IMG/VR virus record: IMGVR_UViG_3300045988_038600
Location: 1-36,809 of that record
DNA from: a virus
DNA length: 36,809 nucleotides
Strand: one strand, 5' to 3'
The notes below the pieces were generated by a model that searched no databases, was not told the DNA's origin, and saw only the letters and a program-made list of their open reading frames with translations. Positions within the stretch are counted from its first letter, which is position 1, and each line of letters starts with the position of its first letter. Below are positions 31,474 through 36,809 of this stretch, piece after piece. The position numbers and the translations under genes were made by a program.

Positions 31474-31504
31474 AACCGTGAAACAAATTAAAATCTTAAA
31501 AATT

Positions 31505-32071
31505 ATGAGTAGAAAATTGATCTTAAAAAACGTGCGTTTCTCTTATGTAAGAGTTTTCGAGGCAGAACAGTATCAAGGCGTAGGTGAATATCATTACAGT
31601 GTAACTCTGTTGATCCCCAAAACTGATACGGCTTTGATTAAGCAAATTAATGATGCGGTCAAGGCAGAAGCACAGGATTATTTTTCAAGGGACCCTAAAT
31701 TCAAGGGACAGGTACCAGCAAATTATAAGAGCCCGTTACGGGATGGAGACGCACCGGAGAAAGAAGGACAAGCCGGGTATGAAGGGTGTTACTACATCAC
31801 AGCGAAGCGCAAAGAGGAACATGGTAAACCGATCGTAATTGACAAAGGTAAGCGCCCGATCACAGTGAAGGAAGATATGTATTCCGGCTCTTGGGGCGTG
31901 GCTTCAATCTCAATCTACGGTTACAACATGAGCGCCGACAACCGCGGTATCACCGCCGGATTGAACGGAATACAGAAAGTAACCGATGATGATAGACTGG
32001 ACGGCGGATCAAGCGTCAACGACTTCGATGATTTGAGCGATGAAAACGACGGTCTGGCGGATTTCAACTAA
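31505..32071 (+). CDS. DUF2815-family ssDNA-binding-like protein (ATG at 31505; the track gives GTG 31478)
   Basis: LKNVRFSYVRVFE... N-terminus and an acidic C-terminal tail (DDLSDENDGLADFN). The usual partner of DUF2800 and PolA in phage replication modules. Confidence 0.65.
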   Translation: MSRKLILKNVRFSYVRVFEAEQYQGVGEYHYSVTLLIPKTDTALIKQINDAVKAEAQDYFSRDPKFKGQVPANYKSPLRDGDAPEKEGQAGYEGCYYITAKRKEEHGKPIVIDKGKRPITVKEDMYSGSWGVASISIYGYNMSADNRGITAGLNGIQKVTDDDRLDGGSSVNDFDDLSDENDGLADFN

Positions 32072-32152
32072 AACAATTATTTCAAGTATAAACAATTAAA
32101 TTAATTATTAATCAATCTCGTTAAAACAAGTGTAAAATGATTCTCAAAAGCC

Positions 32153-34198
32153 ATGCCGAGTAGAAGCGGTGTGGTTTTTAACTTTAAAACCCCTAAAGAC
32201 ATGAAACCAATTTATATAGATTTTGAAACATTTTCCGGTGAGGATATTAAGAGCGGCGGCGCGTACCGATATACGCAATCGCCGGACTTCGAGATACTTC
32301 TTATCGGTTACGCGATCGAAGACGGAGACGTTAATATTATTGATATGACTAGATCAGATGCCTACGAGCAGTTTACGGACTTCGTGAACTTGATACTAGA
32401 CAAGCAATATACGATCGTGGCACACAACGCGCAATTTGAGCGCCTATGTTTGAAGGCGTATAAGGTAGACATTCCTGCGGAACGTTTCCTGTGTACCGCA
32501 ACTATGGCGTTATATGCCGGATTCCCGGAGAGCCTGGGAAACCTATCCAAAGCCCTAGATCTTAAAGAAGGCAAGAAGGGCACAGGTCTAGCCCTTATAA
32601 AATTCTTCTGCCAACCACAGAAGCCGACTAAAGCAAACCCGGAAGAGTACCGGAACTATTCGAAAGACTTTCCCGATAAATGGGAGGAATTTATAGATTA
32701 CCTACGTTATGATATTCTTTCAGAACGTGAAGCACTGGAACGCCTAGACTATTGCAAGTTCCCACAGTCGGAAATAGACCTGTACAGGCTGGATCAGGAC
32801 ATTAACGACAACGGCATAGCCGTGGATATGGAACTAGCCGAACACGCGGACGCTCTGAACGAGGAGTTTTGCGAGGAGCTAAAGAACCGGATTAAGACGA
32901 AGTACGGCATATCTTCTTTAAAGTCCACAATGCAACTTAAGGACTTTGTAATGATCCAAACCGGAAAGTCTTTTGATTCATTCCGGAAAGAGGACATAGA
33001 GCAGATTATGCAGGAGTGCGACAACGAGCGGGTAGACGAGGTTTTGAACGCCCGGAAGATCATAAACAAGACTAGCAACGCCAAATATACCGCGATGCGC
33101 AATTGCGTGTGCTTTGACGGACGTGTACACGGTTTGTACCGTTTCTATGGCGCAGGCCGTACTGGAAGATGGGCGGGTAGACTAGTCCAAATGCAGAACT
33201 TGCCGCGTAACTACATACACGACCTTGACGGAGCACGCGATAATGTTAAACACATGTGTCTGGCGGACTTCGAAACGTTTTGGGGAAATGTACCTGACAC
33301 GTTATCACAGCTTATCAGAACAACGTTTGTAGCCCCAAAGGGAACTGTATTCCACGTTGCCGACTATTCGGCCATTGAAGCCCGTGTACTGGCGTGCCTG
33401 TGTCGTGAAGATTGGCGTATTGAAGCGTTCCGCAACGGGAAAGATATATATGTAGTGTCCGCAAGTATGACGTTCAGTTTGCCAGAGGATCAATGCGGCA
33501 AAGGCACTCATTACCGCCAACAGGGTAAAGTAACCGAGCTTGCTCTAGGCTATAGCGGTTGGGTGAATGCTATGGCTGCGATGGACTATGAAAAAGCTAT
33601 TGATCCGGCGTTATACAAGGATATTATTTTGAGATGGCGAGACGCTTCACCGCGGGTAGTTGAGTTTTGGGAGGCCCTAGATAGCCGGGCTAAACTCTGT
33701 ATTCGTAACAAGAAAGACGTGGAGGTTATCCGGTACGGCGTACACGTTTGTACATTTCAATGGTTTAAAGAAAACAATTCTCTAGCTATTTTATTACCTT
33801 CGGGCCGTCGTTTGTTTTACCCGTTTTGCCGAATCGCTACGAAAAGCGTGAACGGACGAGACAGGGAGGTTATAACATACAAGGGACAGACCAATGGAAT
33901 CTGGGTGGATCTAGACACGTACGGCGGAAAGCTAACCGAAAATATAACGCAAGCAGTCAGCCGTGACCTATTGGCATACGGTATGCAGGAAATTGTAAAA
34001 CGTTACCCGGCTGTTAAGATCGTGGGACATATCCACGACGAAACAGTAAACGAGGTACCCCTGGACGATTTCGGAGAGCCAACTGTTTCGCTAAATGAGA
34101 TTTGCGAAACTATGGCAGTTACACCAAAATGGGCGGACGCTTTCGGCATTCCGCTAAAGGCAGAAGGATTCACTAGTAAATATTATAAGAAAGATTAA
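32153..34198 (+). CDS. Family A DNA polymerase with a 3'-5' exonuclease domain (alternative start at 32201)
   Basis: Exo I IYIDFETFS, Exo II HNAQFE, motif A DYSAIEARVLA, motif B RQQGKVTELALGYSG, motif C GHIHDE. Confidence 0.9.
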   Translation: MPSRSGVVFNFKTPKDMKPIYIDFETFSGEDIKSGGAYRYTQSPDFEILLIGYAIEDGDVNIIDMTRSDAYEQFTDFVNLILDKQYTIVAHNAQFERLCLKAYKVDIPAERFLCTATMALYAGFPESLGNLSKALDLKEGKKGTGLALIKFFCQPQKPTKANPEEYRNYSKDFPDKWEEFIDYLRYDILSEREALERLDYCKFPQSEIDLYRLDQDINDNGIAVDMELAEHADALNEEFCEELKNRIKTKYGISSLKSTMQLKDFVMIQTGKSFDSFRKEDIEQIMQECDNERVDEVLNARKIINKTSNAKYTAMRNCVCFDGRVHGLYRFYGAGRTGRWAGRLVQMQNLPRNYIHDLDGARDNVKHMCLADFETFWGNVPDTLSQLIRTTFVAPKGTVFHVADYSAIEARVLACLCREDWRIEAFRNGKDIYVVSASMTFSLPEDQCGKGTHYRQQGKVTELALGYSGWVNAMAAMDYEKAIDPALYKDIILRWRDASPRVVEFWEALDSRAKLCIRNKKDVEVIRYGVHVCTFQWFKENNSLAILLPSGRRLFYPFCRIATKSVNGRDREVITYKGQTNGIWVDLDTYGGKLTENITQAVSRDLLAYGMQEIVKRYPAVKIVGHIHDETVNEVPLDDFGEPTVSLNEICETMAVTPKWADAFGIPLKAEGFTSKYYKKD

Positions 34199-34199
34199 C

Positions 34200-36590
34200 A
34201 TGGAAAAATACACCTTATCGCTTGCAGGTTCTTCGGCTTCATTGAAGTGGAAGTCCGTACGCATGACTTGGGAAGCGTTTTTGGAAAGACTAGGAACGCC
34301 TGTAATTACTAACGAAACGGTACGCGAGTACGATAAATTAGACAAGCCCGCTAAATCTTCATTAAAGGACGTAGGCGGATTTATGGCTGGCGAGCTTTCA
34401 GGCGCTCAACGCCTTAAGAAAGCGGTTATGTCCCGTTCGATGATTACACTAGATGTAGACTTCGGAGACGATCTTTTCCCGTTCGATTTTGCAGACCGTT
34501 TTCCGGGTGTGGCGGCAGCTATTTATACCACTAGATCAGACCGCCCCGGATCGCGCCGTTACCGTCTTATCATGCCGTTTAAGGAAGAGGTTACAGACGT
34601 GACTATGTACGAAGCCGCGGCGCGTAAAGTAGCCGAGTTGTTAGGTATCGATCTATTTGATAAAACAACCTTTCAACCGGAACGTATGATGTATTGGCAG
34701 TCGCTTTCCAAAGACCAAACCGGACTATTCGAAGTATTCGAAGGTGAGCCGATCAGCGCGGAATATCTAACGGGCTTGTACGGAGACAATGAAGAATGGC
34801 GCGACGTGCGCAAATGGGCGTTCCACTCCGATACGGAACGCGATACCCGTGCCGTTATTAGTAAAGAGATGGCGAAAGACCCCCGCGATAAAGAGGGCCT
34901 AGTAGGCGCGTTTTGCCGCTCGTACACGATACAGGCAGCAATAGACAAGTACCTATCAGACGTTTACACAGAAGCGGAAAACGGACGTTATACGTACGTT
35001 CTTGGATCGGGCGCTGCCGGGCTGGTAGTGTATGATGACGTGCTTTGTTTTTCTCACCACTCAACCGACCCAATAGGCGACGGACACGCATACAACGCTT
35101 ATGATTTGGTGCGTGTGCACAAGTTCGGGCATCTGGGTAAGGAAGACAGCACCCGCGAGATGAACAAGCTAATTTGCGCCGATAAAGAGTGCGTTAAAGA
35201 TATGGTAGCCGTGGACGACGATCTAGCCGACTTCGAGGAGTACACGGACGAGGTTAAGAGCGACGCGCAGACCGCAGAGGAACTGGTTTGGGACTTGGAT
35301 AGAAAGGGCGATAAATTGTGTACCGTTCGTAACTTCGTTAACGCTTTCAAGTGTGATCCGCTATTAAATGATTTATTAGCTTACGACTTGTTTCTTGATA
35401 CGATCGTGTACACCCGTACGCCGTTCTTCTCGAAAGACATAAAGAAAGGCGATATGTTGGACGATACCGCCGTAGCGATTATCCGTGGACGTATAGAGGA
35501 TTTGCACGGTATTTATAATGACAGCAAATTAAACGACGCGCTAGAAAAGGTTTGCAGTGAAAATGCTTTCCACCCTATCAAGAAGTACCTGGAGGCGCAA
35601 AGATGGGACGGCGTTAAACGTATTGATAATTTCTTGGTTGACTACATGGGAGCAGAGCCTAGCATATACGTTTCCGAGGCGTTCCGAAAAATGCTGGTTG
35701 CAGCCGTTACTAGAGTTTATGAGCCGGGCCGCAAATTCGATACGGCTTTGGTTATGTATTCGGGACAGGGCGCGGGAAAGTCCACGCTTATACAAGCCCT
35801 TTCTAAGGGGTGGTTTAATGATTCATTAACGGACGTGTCCGGGCAAAAAGCATACGAAGCGATACAACACGCCTGGATAGTGGAGCTAGCCGAGTTGTCA
35901 GCCCTTCGCCGTTCGGACGTGGAGGCTACTAAGAACTTCATAAGCAAACGCGAGGATACGTATCGTAGCGCGTACGCCCGCCGGGTAAAGACACACCGCC
36001 GACAATGTGTATTTTTCGGGTCTACTAACGACGACGAGTTTTTGAAGGACAAAACCGGAAACCGCCGTTTCTTTCCAATCGAGGTATGCGCCAACAAAAA
36101 CACGCACAAGCTGTTTGAAAAGTCTTTTGAGGCGGTAGTAGACCAACTTTGGGCGGAAGCAATGGAGTTGTATATGTTGGGTGAAAGCCTTGTTTTGTCT
36201 GACGAAGCCGAAGCGATCGCCAACGAGGGACGCGAGGAATTTACAGAAGAAAGCCCGCTGGTAGGTATTATAGAGAACTACGTAGATAGGCTTTTCCCGG
36301 CTGACTACGAAGAACGTACAGAACAACAACGCGCCGACTTTCTAGCCGGATCACTGGAAGAAGTGGGAACGGTTCAAAAAAATACGTTCTGTTTAATGGA
36401 ACTTTGGGTGAATGCATTGGGCCGCCGGAAAGAAGATTATTCAAGTGCGAAAGGGCGCGAACTGGCAGCAGCTATGAGACAGATAGGTGGATGGTACAAA
36501 GGAAAGTTAAATAGAACTAAATTATACGGCCGACAAGTAATTTATATCCGTAAAGGTAGCAAGGAAAGCCAAAAATTACTATCTTTGTAA
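34200..36590 (+). CDS. Primase-helicase, VirE (virulence-associated protein E) family
   Basis: Walker A SGQGAGKSTLIQAL followed by WFNDSL, which is typical of VirE/D5-like helicases. The N-terminal ITLDVDFGD acidic motif is consistent with a primase-polymerase domain. Confidence 0.8.
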   Translation: MEKYTLSLAGSSASLKWKSVRMTWEAFLERLGTPVITNETVREYDKLDKPAKSSLKDVGGFMAGELSGAQRLKKAVMSRSMITLDVDFGDDLFPFDFADRFPGVAAAIYTTRSDRPGSRRYRLIMPFKEEVTDVTMYEAAARKVAELLGIDLFDKTTFQPERMMYWQSLSKDQTGLFEVFEGEPISAEYLTGLYGDNEEWRDVRKWAFHSDTERDTRAVISKEMAKDPRDKEGLVGAFCRSYTIQAAIDKYLSDVYTEAENGRYTYVLGSGAAGLVVYDDVLCFSHHSTDPIGDGHAYNAYDLVRVHKFGHLGKEDSTREMNKLICADKECVKDMVAVDDDLADFEEYTDEVKSDAQTAEELVWDLDRKGDKLCTVRNFVNAFKCDPLLNDLLAYDLFLDTIVYTRTPFFSKDIKKGDMLDDTAVAIIRGRIEDLHGIYNDSKLNDALEKVCSENAFHPIKKYLEAQRWDGVKRIDNFLVDYMGAEPSIYVSEAFRKMLVAAVTRVYEPGRKFDTALVMYSGQGAGKSTLIQALSKGWFNDSLTDVSGQKAYEAIQHAWIVELAELSALRRSDVEATKNFISKREDTYRSAYARRVKTHRRQCVFFGSTNDDEFLKDKTGNRRFFPIEVCANKNTHKLFEKSFEAVVDQLWAEAMELYMLGESLVLSDEAEAIANEGREEFTEESPLVGIIENYVDRLFPADYEERTEQQRADFLAGSLEEVGTVQKNTFCLMELWVNALGRRKEDYSSAKGRELAAAMRQIGGWYKGKLNRTKLYGRQVIYIRKGSKESQKLLSL

Positions 36591-36660
36591 TATGGAATTA
36601 AAACAATACTTTCTTTTCTAATTTTTAAGGTTAATATTTTTAGGGTGGTTTTTCAGTTAA

Positions 36661-36696
36661 AAAGTCTTTCGTAGTGATACGCGAGACTTTATTTTT
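36661..36696 (+). terminator. Intrinsic terminator T3 (AAAGTCT...AGACTTT stem followed by ATTTTT)
   Basis: Imperfect ~8-10-bp stem at 36661-36690 followed by a T-run at 36692-36696, lying 70 nt after the primase-helicase stop and just upstream of P1. Confidence 0.6.
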
Positions 36697-36710
36697 GTTA
36701 ATATACTAAA

Positions 36711-36809
36711 GTTTTTTTTGAGAAAAGTTTTGGTAGTTCATAATTAAGCCGTATCTTTGAAATGTCAAAAGGAAATAACCACTTAAAAATTAAAGATATG
36801 AAGAGTCAA
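36711..36809. repeat. Terminal overlap copy 2, the same sequence as 1-99. It re-reads promoter P1 and the first codons of the 52-315 gene.
   Basis: Identical to 1-99. Confidence 0.95.
36729..36759 (+). promoter_or_regulatory. Promoter P1 re-read in the terminal overlap, here with its full upstream context (ACTAAAGTTTTTTTTGAGAAAAG from 36705)
   Basis: Same sequence as 19-49. Confidence 0.7.

Noticed and set aside
35717-36223. The longest minus-strand ORF (168 aa), plus the overlapping minus-strand ORF 35898-36329
   Set aside because: It lies entirely antisense to the well-supported VirE primase-helicase gene. The sequence is low-complexity and Ser/Arg-rich with no motif. The whole genome is otherwise strictly + stranded. 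The same reasoning applies to every minus-strand ORF in the track (for example 12400-12729, 19393-19737, 24011-24274 and 9864-10211).
36582-36589. TAtcTTTG match overlapping the end of the primase-helicase gene
   Set aside because: There is no TTTG at the expected -33 distance. It is followed only by a 9-codon ORF and then terminator T3, so it is probably a chance match.
1-36809. tRNA, tmRNA, rRNA, integrase/attP, transposase or IS elements, toxin-antitoxin pairs
   Set aside because: Scanning the intergenic regions by eye showed no cloverleaf-compatible sequence with T-loop GTTCRA motifs. No ORF has recombinase or transposase motifs. A tRNA missed by eye cannot be fully excluded without tRNAscan-SE or ARAGORN.

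Overview
The window is a complete tailed dsDNA phage genome. Bases 1-99 repeat exactly at 36711-36809, so the unit length is 36,710 bp and position 1 is an arbitrary cut. The host is probably a member of the Bacteroidota, based on BACON-type repeats in a tail protein and a family of -33 TTTG / -7 TAnnTTTG promoters.

All credible genes (about 55) are on the + strand. I reject every minus-strand ORF in the track as antisense noise. Three intrinsic terminators (about 8422-8454, 28693-28724 and 36661-36696) split the circle into three co-directional blocks:
- Block 1 (1-8414) holds early and accessory genes: a VRR-NUC nuclease, a phage Dam-type N6-adenine methyltransferase, an SNF2 helicase, and many small, membrane or secreted proteins.
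- Block 2 (9016-28642) holds late genes: terS, terL, fibre/BACON/tail proteins, a tape-measure-like protein, a protease-scaffold, the major capsid protein, three tandem paralogs, a putative portal, and holin, M15 endolysin and a spanin-like protein.
- Block 3 (29209-36590) holds replication genes: an HTH protein, a Cas4-like DUF2800 nuclease, a DUF2815 SSB-like protein, a family A DNA polymerase and a VirE-type primase-helicase.

I saw no integrase, repressor, reverse transcriptase, tRNA or CRISPR array.

The most interesting signals are non-genic:
- Two homologous AT-rich cassettes sit exactly at the two early/late module junctions and are rich in TGTAAA/TTTACA motifs.
- A promoter plus leader occurs as a 92-bp perfect duplicate, with a third, diverged copy elsewhere.
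- Each duplicated promoter is followed about 300 nt downstream by a conserved hairpin carrying two compensatory base-pair swaps, which resembles a nut site.
- A mosaic gene has been built from its two neighbours.
- A P-loop ORF has ACG exactly where its paralogous position has ATG.
- A nested inverted-repeat, pseudoknot-like element lies upstream of terS.

All functional calls rest on motif recognition by eye. No database search was possible.
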